Positions 1 through 9,870 of a DNA stretch of 64,000 nt are shown here, one piece after another. How positions within the stretch are numbered: position 1 is the stretch's first letter; every line of letters begins with the position of its first letter. Position numbers and translations under genes: made by a program. The DNA comes from an uncultured Gammaproteobacteria bacterium (GTDB lineage: Bacteria > Pseudomonadota > Gammaproteobacteria > Steroidobacterales > Rariloculaceae), in the NCBI GenBank assembly GCA_963699925.1, contig CAVOVT010000005.1, positions 130,612 to 194,611 of the forward strand, given 5' to 3'. The notes below the pieces were generated by a model that saw only the letters and a list, made by a program, of their open reading frames with translations, was not told where the DNA came from and did no database searches.

Positions 1-617
1 CGTGGTTGTTGTACGCGATCTCGTCGGCGAGGTTCGCGAGCTGCGCTTCGAGGCCCGGCTGGCGGCGCGTCGAGGAAGCGCGCGCCGACGTCGCCGAGCT
101 CGCGCGCGTTCTTGAGCGAGCAGTGCTTCAGGATTCCCTCGCGCGTCTCGAACGTGAGGTTCAAGCCGCGGAAGCTCGCGTAGCGCTCCTCGAGCTCGTC
201 GACCACGCGCAGCGACTGCAGGTTGTGCTCGAAGCCGCCGAAGTCGCGCATGCAGGCGTCGAGCGCGTCCTGTCCCGCGTGGCCGAACGGCGTGTGACCG
301 AGGTCGTGCGCGAGGCTGATGGCCTCGACGAGGTCTTCGTTCAGCGCCAGCGCGCGCGCGACCGTGCGCGCGATCTGCGCGACCTCGAGCGAGTGCGTGA
401 GCCGCGTGCGATAGAGGTCGCCCTCGTAGTTCACGAACACCTGCGTCTTGTAGACGAGGCGGCGGAACGCGGTCGAATGGATCACGCGGTCGCGGTCGCG
501 CTGGAATTCGGTGCGGTACGCCGGCGGCTCTTCGGCGTGGCGCCGGCCGCGCGAGCTCGACGAATGCGCCGCGTACGGCGCGAGCTCGCGGCCGGACTCG
601 AGCGGCGTCGCGATCAT
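1..617 (-). CDS. dgt: dGTPase-like HD-domain triphosphohydrolase. Only the N-terminal ~200 aa are present because the gene runs off the left edge. One frame break near 60-75.
   Basis: Hand translation from ATG 617 gives [72 protein letters not shown]. After a 1-nt slip it continues ..[14 protein letters not shown]. The start overlaps the aroB stop (ATGA). Confidence 0.8.
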   Translation of the reverse strand, partial: MIATPLESGRELAPYAAHSSSSRGRRHAEEPPAYRTEFQRDRDRVIHSTAFRRLVYKTQVFVNYEGDLYRTRLTHSLEVAQIARTVARALALNEDLVEAISLAHDLGHTPFGHAGQDALDACMRDFGGFEHNLQSLRVVDELEERYASFRGLNLTFETREGILKHCSLKNARELGDVGARFLDAPPAGPRSAAREPRRRDRVQQP

Positions 618-1723
618 CGCGACGCGGCCGCGATCACCGCGCGCAGCAAGGAACGATCCGGGGCCCGCGCGACGACCGCACGGCCAAGCCGCTCGACCAG
701 GATCAGCTTGACGCCTTGGCGGTCGGCCTTCTTGTCGAGCTGCATGCGATCGAGCACTTGGTCCGGATCGACACCCGTCGCGGCTACGGGCAAGCCGGCG
801 CTCGCGAGCAACGCCTCGATGCGCTCGCAATCGGCCGCGCCGATCCAGCCCATGGCCGCCGAGGTTCGCGCGGCGAGCACGATGCCGAGCGCGACGGCCT
901 CGCCGTGCAGCCAGCGCTCGTACCCGCCGATCGCCTCGAGCGCGTGGCCGAACGTGTGGCCGAGATTCAGCAGCGCGCGCGTGCCATGCTCGCGCTCGTC
1001 CTCGGCGACGATCGCGGCCTTGATCTCGCAGCTGCGGCGGATCGCGTATGCGAGCGCCGCCGCGTCGAGCGCGCGGAGCTTGGCCATATGCGCTCTCGAG
1101 CCACGCGAAGAACTCCGCGTCGACGATCACGCCGTACTTGATCACCTCGGCGAGGCCGGCCGAGAGCTCGCGCGGCGGCAGCGTCGCGAGCGTGTCCGTG
1201 TCGGCGAGCACGCGCGATCGGCTGGTGAAACGCGCCGATCATGTTCTTCGCGCGCGGATGGTTGACGGCCGTCTTGCCGCCGACCGACGAGTCGACTTGC
1301 GCGAGCAGCGTCGTCGGCACCTGCACGAAGTCGACGCCGCGTTGGAAGCTCGCGGCCGCGTATCCGGTGACGTCCCCGACCACGCCGCCGCCGAGCGCGA
1401 CGAGGCAGCAGTCGCGGTGGAAGCGCGAGTCGACGAGGCGGTCGATGATCGACGCGAACGTCGCGAGCGTCTTGTGCCGCTCGCCGTCCGGCAGCACGAC
1501 GGTCTGCACGTCTCTACGCGCCGAGCGCGGCGCGCACGGCATCGAGATAGAGCGGCGCGACGACCTCGTTGCTGACGATCAGGATCTGTCTCGCGGCGGT
1601 CGAGTACAGCGCCGAGTCGGCGATCAGGCCGGGTCCGATATGAATCGGATAGCTGCGCGCTCCGAGCGCGACCGTGAGGCTGTCCACGGCGCGAAGGTTC
1701 GCAGGCGTTCCCGGTTTTTGCAA
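614..1723 (-). CDS. aroB: 3-dehydroquinate synthase, frame-broken as sequenced (~3 breaks near 1530, 1215 and 1090).
   Basis: ORF fragments 1514..1723, 967..1542 and 614..1087, plus one unlisted frame, join into a single protein: ..[100 protein letters not shown]. The start is TTG 1723, with GTG 1687 as an alternative. Confidence 0.9.
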
Positions 1724-1745
1724 CGGCCCGGTTTTTGTAATTGCG

Positions 1746-2272
1746 CTAGTCGCTTGCGTTCAGAGCGGCCCGCACGTCCGATGCGACGGCGCCGCACCTG
1801 GCGCCCGGTCGTGTCGATGCGGATGTCGGCGATCGATTCGTAGAGCGGGCGACGAATCGACATCAGGCGCTCGAGAATCGCGCGCGGATCGCCGCCCTTG
1901 AGCAGCGGGCGACTGCGCGACGGTTGCGTGCGCCTGAGCTGCGCGTCGACGGTCGCCTCGAGATAAATGACCGTGCCCGTGGCCGAAAGCCGCTCGCGGT
2001 TCTCCGGATCGAGCACCGCGCCGCCGCCCGTCGCGACGACGACGCCGTCGAGCGCGGTGAGCGCCGCGATCACGTCGCGCTCGCGCTCGCCGAAAGCGCG
2101 CCTCGCCTTCCTTCTCGAAGATATAGGGGATGTCGACGCCGCAGCGGCGCTCGATCTCCGCGTCGCTGTCGAAGAACTGCTTGTCGAGCAGTGCTGCGAG
2201 CCGCTTGCCGACCGCCGTCTTGCCCGAGCCCATCGGCCCGATCAGATAGACGTTGGTGCGCTGGGTCGCCAC
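1746..2272 (-). CDS. aroK: Shikimate kinase, frame-broken (~2 breaks near 2090 and 1800).
   Basis: ORF 1760..2272 carries [26 protein letters not shown] (Walker A). The remainder, ..[42 protein letters not shown], lies in ORF 1624..2073. The likely stop is TAG 1746-1748. Confidence 0.9.
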
Positions 2273-2314
2273 GGGCGACAGTCTAGCGGTTGCCGGCGCG
2301 CCCCCGCAGCGGGC

Positions 2315-2350
2315 CCAAAAAGGAGAAGGCCGGCACTTCGGCCGGCCTTC
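2315..2350 (-). terminator. Rho-independent terminator directly after the Big-repeat lipoprotein gene, marking the end of the pil transcription unit.
   Basis: The minus strand reads GAAGGCCGGC-CGAAGT-GCCGGCCTTC, a perfect 10-bp stem, followed by TCCTTTTTGGG. There is no T-run on the plus strand. Confidence 0.75.
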
Positions 2351-2375
2351 GTCGCTGCGCTGGAGCAGGTGCCGA

Positions 2376-4253
2376 TTACGGGCCGTCCGGCGGCGGCGGC
2401 GTCGCGCAATTCTGATCGCTGCCGAACGGACTGACCACGCCGGGCGGCGTGCTGTTCTGGCTCGTGAAATCGGTCGTCGAGCCGTCTGGGACGAACACGG
2501 TCGTTTCCGAGAACTCCGTGCCTTGCACCGTCAGCTTGGCCGTGAGCGCGACCTCGAGCCAATACGCGTACGCTTGCGGGTAGAAGACGTCGAACAGTGC
2601 GAAGCCGTTCTTGTCCGTCGTAGCCGTATCGGCCGTGCCGGTCTCGGGCACGACCGTCAAGATGTTGCCGGCCTCGATCTTGCCGTTGCCGTTCAGGTCC
2701 TCGCCCGCGTCGAGCACGCCATTGTGGTTCACGTCCTCGTCGGGGCAGCCGGCGGCAGGAACGTGCGGCGTAGCCCAAAACGCCGGTGGACCGGCGGAGA
2801 ATACGCGCGTGCCTTCCCAGTAGCGCCTCGACAGCACGCTCAGCGACACATCGGCACCGCCCACGCCGTTGCCCTGTGAGTCGGTGACCTGAATGACCCA
2901 TTGCGTCTTGTACTGAGCTTGGTTCGGCTCTTCGATCTCGTTGCCGGTGCCGAAGCTGATGAACGCCTGGCGCTGCGCGACCGTGAGCTGTACGAAGCCG
3001 GTCACGGCCGTGCCCTGCACGGTCGCGTCCACGCGTACGCCGTTGGCGGCGCTCGTCGCGTTGCTCGCGTTGTAGAAGGTCTTCGCCTGACCTTGGCTGT
3101 TCGTGACGGCCTGCGCGACGGATAGCTGTCCGCCGGTCACGTCGGTCAGCACGAAATTCACGGTCTGGTTCTTCACGAAGTTGCCGGCCGCGTCGCGAAC
3201 CGTCGCCGTCAACGCACTCTGGGCGTTGGCTGCGATCGTGAACGGCGACGCCTGCAAGTCGAGCGCAGCGGGTGTGATCGCAACGAACTCGACGTTCAAC
3301 TGAGCGCTCGTGCCGTCGGTGTTCGTCGCGGTGACGACAGCGGGACCCGCGTTCGTCGCCGTGACGTTGACGCTCGCGTTGCCCGCGGCGTCGGTAACGA
3401 CCGCGTTGCCGACCAAAGTGAAGCCCGGCGCCGCGCTAAGCGCTCCGCGCGTCGTCGAGAACGTGACCGGCGAGCCCGCGACGGGCGCGTTGCTCTTCTT
3501 CCAATTGACGGTGACGAGCACCGGAGCGCCGAGCGCGACTTCCGTATTGGCCGCCGGCGCCGTGAACACGAACGCGTCCGCCGAGACATTGACGTTGGTG
3601 CTGGCCTGGACGCCGAGCGCGCTCGCGGTCAGCGTGTCGACGCCGTTGTTGTTCGCGGTCAAGTCGAACGACGCGTTGCCGGTCGCATTCGTGAAGACCG
3701 GTGTCTGCGAGATGCCGTTACTCTTCGACGACGTGATCGTCACAGCCTTGTTCGCGATGCCTGCGCCGCCGGCGCTCGTGAGCACCACGTTGTATTTGCC
3801 GCTGCTGCCGGTCGGCAGCGATGCCGGCCCATTGAGCGAGAGCGCGGTTCCGGTGACGCCCACGCTGACGGTGCTCTGCGCGTTACCGCTCATGCCCGTG
3901 ACCGTGATCGTGCGATTCGTCGGGTCGCCCGCGGTGCTCAGCGTGGCCGTCAGCACGCCATTGTCGTCCGTCGTCGCGGGCTGCGAGGTGACGAGCGCGC
4001 CCGAGGTCGCTGTGAACTGCACGGCTTGACCGGGGACCACGTTATTGCTCGCGTCACGGACGAGGGCGGTGATCGTCGCGTTCGCCGACCCGTCAGAAGG
4101 AATCTGCGGGCTCGACGTCAGCAGCGTGAGCGTCGCGGCCGAGCCGGTGCCCGTGCTCGAGCCGGGGGGGCTCACGATCGTATTGTCGCTGCCGCTGCAC
4201 GCGACGAGCGCGAGTGTCGCGGCTGCCAACAGCCAATGCTTCAACGTTTGCAT
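2376..4253 (-). CDS. Surface lipoprotein with ~4-5 bacterial Ig-like (Big_1/invasin-type) repeats and an Asp/Asn-rich Ca-binding-like loop. Function unknown. It is the last gene of the pil operon.
   Basis: The ORF is an intact 625 aa. The lipobox is LALVAC|SGS. Repeats follow the pattern ..[38 protein letters not shown].. / ..[31 protein letters not shown]... The C-terminal module contains [28 protein letters not shown]. The gene starts 45 nt downstream of pilQ and is followed by a terminator. Confidence 0.7.
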   Translation of the reverse strand: MQTLKHWLLAAATLALVACSGSDNTIVSPPGSSTGTGSAATLTLLTSSPQIPSDGSANATITALVRDASNNVVPGQAVQFTATSGALVTSQPATTDDNGVLTATLSTAGDPTNRTITVTGMSGNAQSTVSVGVTGTALSLNGPASLPTGSSGKYNVVLTSAGGAGIANKAVTITSSKSNGISQTPVFTNATGNASFDLTANNNGVDTLTASALGVQASTNVNVSADAFVFTAPAANTEVALGAPVLVTVNWKKSNAPVAGSPVTFSTTRGALSAAPGFTLVGNAVVTDAAGNASVNVTATNAGPAVVTATNTDGTSAQLNVEFVAITPAALDLQASPFTIAANAQSALTATVRDAAGNFVKNQTVNFVLTDVTGGQLSVAQAVTNSQGQAKTFYNASNATSAANGVRVDATVQGTAVTGFVQLTVAQRQAFISFGTGNEIEEPNQAQYKTQWVIQVTDSQGNGVGGADVSLSVLSRRYWEGTRVFSAGPPAFWATPHVPAAGCPDEDVNHNGVLDAGEDLNGNGKIEAGNILTVVPETGTADTATTDKNGFALFDVFYPQAYAYWLEVALTAKLTVQGTEFSETTVFVPDGSTTDFTSQNSTPPGVVSPFGSDQNCATPPPPDGP

Positions 4254-4298
4254 AGTCCCTGATCCTTTAAAGCTACAGACGTCCGTATTCCCGTGGCG

Positions 4299-6565
4299 TC
4301 ACTCGATCCGCGCGCCGTCGCGCAGGATCTTCGGCGTGACGAAGATCAGCAGTTCGGCATTGTTGTTGATGTTGCTGCGGCTGCGGAACAGATACCCCAA
4401 TCCCGGAATGTCGCCGAGCACCGGGACCTTGTTGATCGTCTCGCGGACCTCTGTCTCGTAGATGCCGCCGAGCACCACCGTCTGGCCGTCGTTGACGACC
4501 ACTGACGTCGTGACGGAGCGGGTGTCGATGCTCGGTACCTGGCCGCCGGTCGCGCTCTGCACGACTTGGCCGACGTTAGTCCTTGGTGACGAGCAAGTCC
4601 ATGATGATCCGGTCGTCCGGCGTGATCTGCGGCGTGACCGTGAGGCTCAGCACGGCCTCCTTGAACTGCGTCGTGGTCGCGCCGCTCGACGACGATTCCT
4701 GGTACGGAATCTCGACGCCCTGGCGGATGCGAGCCTCGTGCTGGTTGGTCGCGATCACGCGCGGCGTGGACACGATCTTGCCGTTGCCTTCCGCCTGCAG
4801 CGCCGACAGCTCGAGGTCGACGAGGTAGTCGGAGTCGAGGATCGCGAGCGCGAACGAGCCGGCCGGATTCGCGACCGGCAGGTTCACGTTGTAGCGCTGC
4901 CCGATCGGCGGAATCGTGACCGGGAGTGGCCGAGCCGGTGGTGTTGAGGTTGTTGATCCCCGAGCTCACGATCGTGTCGGAGCCTGCGCTCGTGCCGGTC
5001 ATCGACAGCAGGCCGTTCGCCGTGTTGTTCTTGACCACCGTCGCGCCGAAGCGCACGCCGAGATCGCGCTCGTAGTCGTCGTTGACGATCACGACGCGCG
5101 TCTCGATCGAGACCTGGCGCACCGGAATGTCGAGCGTCTGCACGAGCCGGCGGATGTTCTCGAGGTTACGCGACGTGTCGCTCACGAGCAGCGTGTTCGT
5201 GCGAACGTCGATCGCGACGCTGCCGCGCTCGGAGAGCAATGCGGCTTTCGAGCTCGACGCAGCGGCCCCGCCACCCGCGGCTCCCGACGCGCTGCCGCCG
5301 GTGGCGCTGCCACCGCGAATCAGCGTCGCGAGCTCCGACGCCTTCGCGTAGTTGACCTGGATGAACTCGGAGCGGATCGGCTCGAGCGTCTGCAGCGCCT
5401 TCTGAGCTTGCAAGTCGGCCTGTTCGCGCGCGGCGATTTCCTCGGCCGGCGCGACGATGATCACGTTGCCGTTGCGGCGCATGTCGAGGCCCTTGGTCGT
5501 CATCACGATGTCGAGCGCCTGGTCCCATGGCACGTTCTGCAGGCGCAGCGTGACGCTGCCCATGACCGTGTCGCTGACCACGATGTTGAGGCCGCTGAAG
5601 TCGGCGATCAGCTGGAGAACGGCGCGCGTCTCGAGGTCCTGGAAGTTGAGCGTGAGACGGTCGCCCGTGTACTCGCGGTTCTGGTTGTAAACGCCCGCGG
5701 TCGCCGCGGCGGCCTTTGCCGCCGGCGGCTTGAGCTCGAGAGTGAACAGGTTGTCCGTCTGATACGCGACCTGGTCGTACTCGGTCGCGGCGCTCACGAC
5801 GAGCCGCGCATCACGATTCGCGCGCAGCGCGTCGACCGTGAGCACGGGTGTCGCGAAGTCGGTGACGTCGAGCCGCTTCATGAGCTCGTTCGGGATCGCG
5901 GTGTCTTGGAAGTCGACGACGACTGCGGCCGCCTTCCTCGCGCACGTCGACGGTCGTATGCGGGTCGTTGAGCTCGACGACGACTTGACCCGCGCCGTCG
6001 GCTGCCGCGCCGGAAATCGATGTTGCGAATCGCGCGCTGGGCCGGTTGCGCGCTGGCGCCGCCGCCGGCGCTGGCCGCGCTGGGCGCAGGTTGCGCCGCG
6101 AACGAAGGCTGCGGCGCGCCGCCCGGCGCTTGACCGAGCGTCACGTAGACGCTGTCGCCCTCGACGCGGGTCTGATACGGCACCATGTTGCTCAAGTTCA
6201 GGACGATGCGCGTGCGGCCGTTGGCCTCGGCGCGCGAGAATCGACGTGAGCGGTCCCGCGTTCACGTCGCGGCGCCGATTGGCGAGGCCGAGCGCCGTGT
6301 TCGGCAAGTCGAGCGAGATCCGCGCCGGGTTGTCGATCGTGAAGGCCATCGGCTCCGGTGCCGTGCCGTTCGTGCGCAGGCGCAGCTCGAGCTGCTGGCC
6401 GGGCAGAGGCTGCACGTCGATCGCCTCGAGCCGCAGGTCTTGCGCGCGCACAGCGGACGTCGACAGGGCGAGCGCGAGAGCCCACGCCGCGGCGGCCGCG
6501 AAATGGCCGAGCCACGATGAGATCTTCCCGCTTCGAACGGGCGCTGACTTGAGCATACGATTCAC
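4299..6565 (-). CDS. pilQ: Type IV pilus secretin PilQ, frame-broken (~5 breaks near 6240, 6000, 5945, 4915 and 4575).
   Basis: Fragments 4346..6565, 5878..6195, 4576..4887 and 4299..4562 join into one protein. It has a signal peptide, AMIN-like regions, ..VTLRLQNVPWDQALDIVMTTKGL.. and the secretin C-terminus ..VPVLGDIPGLGYLFR..ELLIFVTPKIL. The likely ATG is at 6556 with AGGGAG 8 nt upstream; the track uses GTG 6565. Confidence 0.9.
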
Positions 6566-6588
6566 TCCCTAAAACTCCCCTGCGGCCT

Positions 6589-7128
6589 TTACTTGCCGGC
6601 GGCCAGAGCGATCTTCGCGGGTCTTTCCAAATACCCGCCCAGACCGTCGGAGATGATTTCCACCAAGCGGATCTCGGAATCGGTGATCGCGACGACGCGG
6701 CCGTAGTTCTGGCCGAGGTGATTGCCGACCGTCACGCGGTGCACGAGACCGTCGGCCGTCTGCACGAGACCGAAGCTCGCGCGTTTGTCGGCCAAGGTGC
6801 CGACCATGTGCATCGTGTCGAGCGGAAATTGCTCGAGGAACTCGCGCGGCCGGTTCGGATCCGGGCCCGCGACCGCGTTCGGATCGACGCTGACTCGGCG
6901 TTGCGGCGCGTCGGCAACGAACGGCGAGCGCCGATCGCCCGGCACGTACGCGAACGTCGGCGCCGGATGCACGGTCGGCAACGCCTCGATGCGACCGCCC
7001 GGGCGAGCCTTGACCTCGTCGATGTAAGTGCGCAGATCTTCGTTGCCGCGGCTGCACGCGCTCAGCGCGAGCAAAACGGCAGTCGCTGCGACCGCGCGCG
7101 TGAAAACAGCCTTGCGCCCGACCATCAC
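6589..7128 (-). CDS. pilP: Type IV pilus lipoprotein PilP.
   Basis: The ORF is an intact 179 aa with lipobox LLALSAC|S. Its position between pilO and pilQ fits, and its start overlaps the pilO stop (ATGA). Confidence 0.85.
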   Translation of the reverse strand: MMVGRKAVFTRAVAATAVLLALSACSRGNEDLRTYIDEVKARPGGRIEALPTVHPAPTFAYVPGDRRSPFVADAPQRRVSVDPNAVAGPDPNRPREFLEQFPLDTMHMVGTLADKRASFGLVQTADGLVHRVTVGNHLGQNYGRVVAITDSEIRLVEIISDGLGGYLERPAKIALAAGK

Positions 7129-7730
7129 TTCGCCTCCGTCCCCTCGTCCAGATAACGATAAGTCTTGGCCGTCACGTCCAGCGTGAGGGTGCTCGTCGAG
7201 TCCTTGTCGGCCGGCTTAATGTCGATGTCATGTAAAGTCACAATGCGCGGCAGTGCAGCGATGCCGCTCACAAATTTGCCGAGCTCGTGGTAGCTGCCGG
7301 TGTAGCGCAGCTTGATCGGCAGCTCCGCGTAGAAGTCCTTCTGCACTTCGCCGGTCGGCTGAAAGAGCTTCTCCTCGAGGCCGGCGCCGAGTCCCGTCTG
7401 CGAGATGTCGACGAGCAGGCTCGGCACTTCGGTCTTGCCCGGGAGTTGGCGCAGCATCGCGCCGAAGTCGCGCTCGATCTCGGCGAGCTGCGTGCGATAC
7501 GCGTCGAAGTTCGCGGCTTTGCGCTGGCGATCCTCGAACGCGAGCTTCAGCTCCGTCTCTCGCTGTTTCTCATGGTCGAGCGTCGGCTTGTCGGAGCTCC
7601 ACACGAAGAAATAGATGCCGAACGCGATCACGGCGACGAATGCGATCGCCACCGCGACGATTCTGAACGGCAACGGCCAACGACCGGGGTCGTTCGTGTC
7701 GAGTGCGCGGAGATCGTCGATGATGCTCAT
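7125..7730 (-). CDS. pilO: Type IV pilus assembly protein PilO.
   Basis: The ORF is an intact 201 aa with a single N-terminal TM segment followed by a coiled coil (..LKLAFEDRQRKAANFDAYRTQLAEIE..). Synteny supports the call. Confidence 0.85.
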   Translation of the reverse strand: MSIIDDLRALDTNDPGRWPLPFRIVAVAIAFVAVIAFGIYFFVWSSDKPTLDHEKQRETELKLAFEDRQRKAANFDAYRTQLAEIERDFGAMLRQLPGKTEVPSLLVDISQTGLGAGLEEKLFQPTGEVQKDFYAELPIKLRYTGSYHELGKFVSGIAALPRIVTLHDIDIKPADKDSTSTLTLDVTAKTYRYLDEGTEAK

Positions 7731-8389
7731 TTCGCGCCCCCTTTATTCGCCTTCGCGTTGCCGGCCTTCGCGTCTGCCGGCTTGGCATTGGCCGCCTTCG
7801 CCTTGCCCGCTTTGGCGTCGCCCTTCGCATCGTCGTCGCTCGTAGTCGCGACCTGCTGCGCGAACACCTTGAACTGGGACTGATGCTCCGGGCCGTTGCC
7901 CGGCACGGTCTGAACGCACGTCGAGTCCCGGATCGCTGAGCCAATCGGACGCGTCGATGTTGCGCATCAGCGTCGAGACGCGTGTGCTCGATTGCGCCAT
8001 GCCCTGCAGCTCGATTCGGCCGCCGGTCTGCTTGACCTCCGTGAGGTGAACGCCTTCCGGGATGGCTTTGACGATCTCGTCGAACAGGTGCACGACCTCG
8101 GGCCGTGACGCGCTGCAACTCGCCGATCACCTTCATGCGTGCGATCAACCGCTCGCGCTGGTTCTCGAGACCCTTGATCTCGTCGATCTGCTTGTCGAGC
8201 GCGGCGATCTCGTTCTGCAGGATCGTGTTGCGGTCCCGCTGATTGCTGATCCAGCCCTCCACCGTCAGCTTCGACAAGTAGACGAGCCCGCAAACCGATC
8301 ACTGCGGCGCCGAGCAGTGCGACGAAGAACTCTTTCTTGCGCTGCTGGCGGAGCTCTGCGCGCCAGGGCAGTAGATTTATTCGTGGCAT
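7727..8389 (-). CDS. pilN: Type IV pilus assembly protein PilN with a Lys/Ala-rich tail, frame-broken (~3 breaks).
   Basis: The N-terminus is MPRINLLPWRAELRQQRKKEFF. It continues ..NEIAALDKQIDEIKGLENQRERLIARMKVI.. and ..HLTEVKQTGGRIELQGMAQSSTRVSTLMRNIDASDWL... The tail is ..DDDAKGDAKAGKAKAANAKPADAKAGNAKANKGGAK. The stop overlaps the pilO ATG. Confidence 0.85.
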
Positions 8390-8390
8390 G

Positions 8391-9452
8391 TCAGTCGAAG
8401 CTCCTCAACGCGAGACCGCACGCGGTCAACAACGCGGTTGCGTCGCGGTCCACGCCTTGCGACTTGGCGCGCGACGAGATCTTCATTTGCCCGAGCGGGT
8501 CGCCGATCTGTGTCTGGATGCCGACGCGGCTGCCGATCACGTCCGCGACGCCCGGGATGTTCGCGCAACCGCCGCAGACGAGGATCTGATCCGGTTGCTC
8601 GCGGCCGCTGCCCGAGGCGAGGAAGAACTGAAGCGACCGGCTCACCTGCTGCGACATGTCGTCGATGAACGCGTCGAGCACTTCGGGTTGATAGTTGCTC
8701 GGCAGACCGCCTTCCTTCTTCGCGCGCCCGGCGTCTTCCATGCTCAGGCCGTAGGTCCGCATGATCTCCTCCGTCAGCTGCTGGCCGCCGAAGGCGAAGT
8801 CGCGCGTATAGATGACCTTCAGATCCTTGAGCACGCTGAACGTCGTCGTGCTCGCGCCGAAGTCCACGATCGCAACGAACTTGTCGGAACCCGCGTCCGG
8901 CATCTGATGAGTCAGCAACTGGCAGGCGTTCTCGACTGCGAAAGCTTCGACGTCGACGACCCGCGCGCTCAAGCCGGCCGCCTCGACGGCGACCTGGCGC
9001 TGCTCGACGTTCTCGGTGCGGGTCGCGACGAGCAGCACGTCGACCATGTCGGGATCCCGATCGCTGTCGCCGATCACCTCGAAGTCGAAGCTGACTTCTT
9101 CCATCGGGAACGGGATGTATTGATCCGCCTGGAGCTCGACTTGACCCTCGAGGTCGGTCGAGCTCAGAGACTTCGGCATCTGGATGACTTTCGTGATCGC
9201 CGCGTCGCCGCTGATCGCGATCGCGGCCTCGCGCGTCTTCGTGCCCGCGCGCTTGTGCGCGCGCCGAATCGCTTCGCCGACGGCGTCGGCGTCGACGATG
9301 GCCTTCTCGTTGATCGCGTTCGGCGGCGTGGGTTCGGCTGCGTAGGAGTCGACCCGGTAGCCCCTTCCGCTGGCCGTGAGCTCGATCAGCTTGACGGAGG
9401 AGGTCGTGATGTCCAGGCCGACAAGGGATCCTTTCCGACGGCTCGCAAACAC
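8391..9452 (-). CDS. pilM: Type IV pilus assembly ATPase-like protein PilM.
   Basis: The ORF is an intact 353 aa with an actin-like fold: ..LVGLDITTSSVKLIEL..VVDFGASTTTFSV..ILVCGGCANIPG... The start is GTG with AAAGGAAAAG upstream. Confidence 0.9.
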   Translation of the reverse strand: MFASRRKGSLVGLDITTSSVKLIELTASGRGYRVDSYAAEPTPPNAINEKAIVDADAVGEAIRRAHKRAGTKTREAAIAISGDAAITKVIQMPKSLSSTDLEGQVELQADQYIPFPMEEVSFDFEVIGDSDRDPDMVDVLLVATRTENVEQRQVAVEAAGLSARVVDVEAFAVENACQLLTHQMPDAGSDKFVAIVDFGASTTTFSVLKDLKVIYTRDFAFGGQQLTEEIMRTYGLSMEDAGRAKKEGGLPSNYQPEVLDAFIDDMSQQVSRSLQFFLASGSGREQPDQILVCGGCANIPGVADVIGSRVGIQTQIGDPLGQMKISSRAKSQGVDRDATALLTACGLALRSFD

Positions 9453-9464
9453 AACTTTTCCTTT

Positions 9465-9481
9465 CCAACTCGGGAAGTTGG
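9465..9481. repeat. Perfect inverted repeat CCAACT-cggga-AGTTGG just 5' of the pilM ribosome-binding site. Function unknown.
   Basis: Read directly from the sequence in the pilM/ponA divergent spacer. Confidence 0.4.
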
Positions 9482-9742
9482 GAGTGAATCCTAGACTTTT
9501 CTCAAACGCGCTATTTAACTATAACTCACGGCAGATAAATACCGGTGTGAACCGGCTCTCGGTCTTGTGAGGTTAGTCCCGCCTCAACTAGGCCGCTTGT
9601 TTAGAAAGCCCCCGCAAACACTCGATTCGGGCGGGACGGGCTGCGCGGTCTTTAATAGGCGAGCAGGGAGGAATGCTGGCGAAGCGACCGGACCCCCCAA
9701 TGGCCGGTTCAACTGCTTCGGCAGCCCCGCTATCCTAGACAC

Positions 9743-9757
9743 GCCACGAGTCGTGGC
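9743..9757. repeat. Perfect inverted repeat GCCACGA-g-TCGTGGC in the pilM/ponA spacer. It could be an operator or a hairpin. Function unknown.
   Basis: Read directly from the sequence. No adjacent T-run on either strand. Confidence 0.4.
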
Positions 9758-9870
9758 TAGTCCGTAGACCGGAGGCTTTGCGTCCCCACCTTTCAATGGG
9801 TTTGCCTAACGCCCGCGGACTATGCACAAAGCCTTAGGTCCTGGCAAGGGCGTAGAATCCAAGTTTAGAA

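Noticed and set aside
6-1265. 419-aa plus-strand ORF
   Set aside because: It is antisense to dgt and aroB, both of which have clear family motifs on the minus strand. Its composition is rich in Arg/Ala/Glu with low complexity and no recognisable motif, which is typical of a high-GC shadow ORF.
9842-9858. TGGCA..N..TAGAAT upstream of ponA read as a sigma54 or sigma70 promoter
   Set aside because: There is no GC/TTGC element at the -12 spacing needed for sigma54. As a sigma70 -10 it lies only 13 nt from the ATG and has no credible -35.
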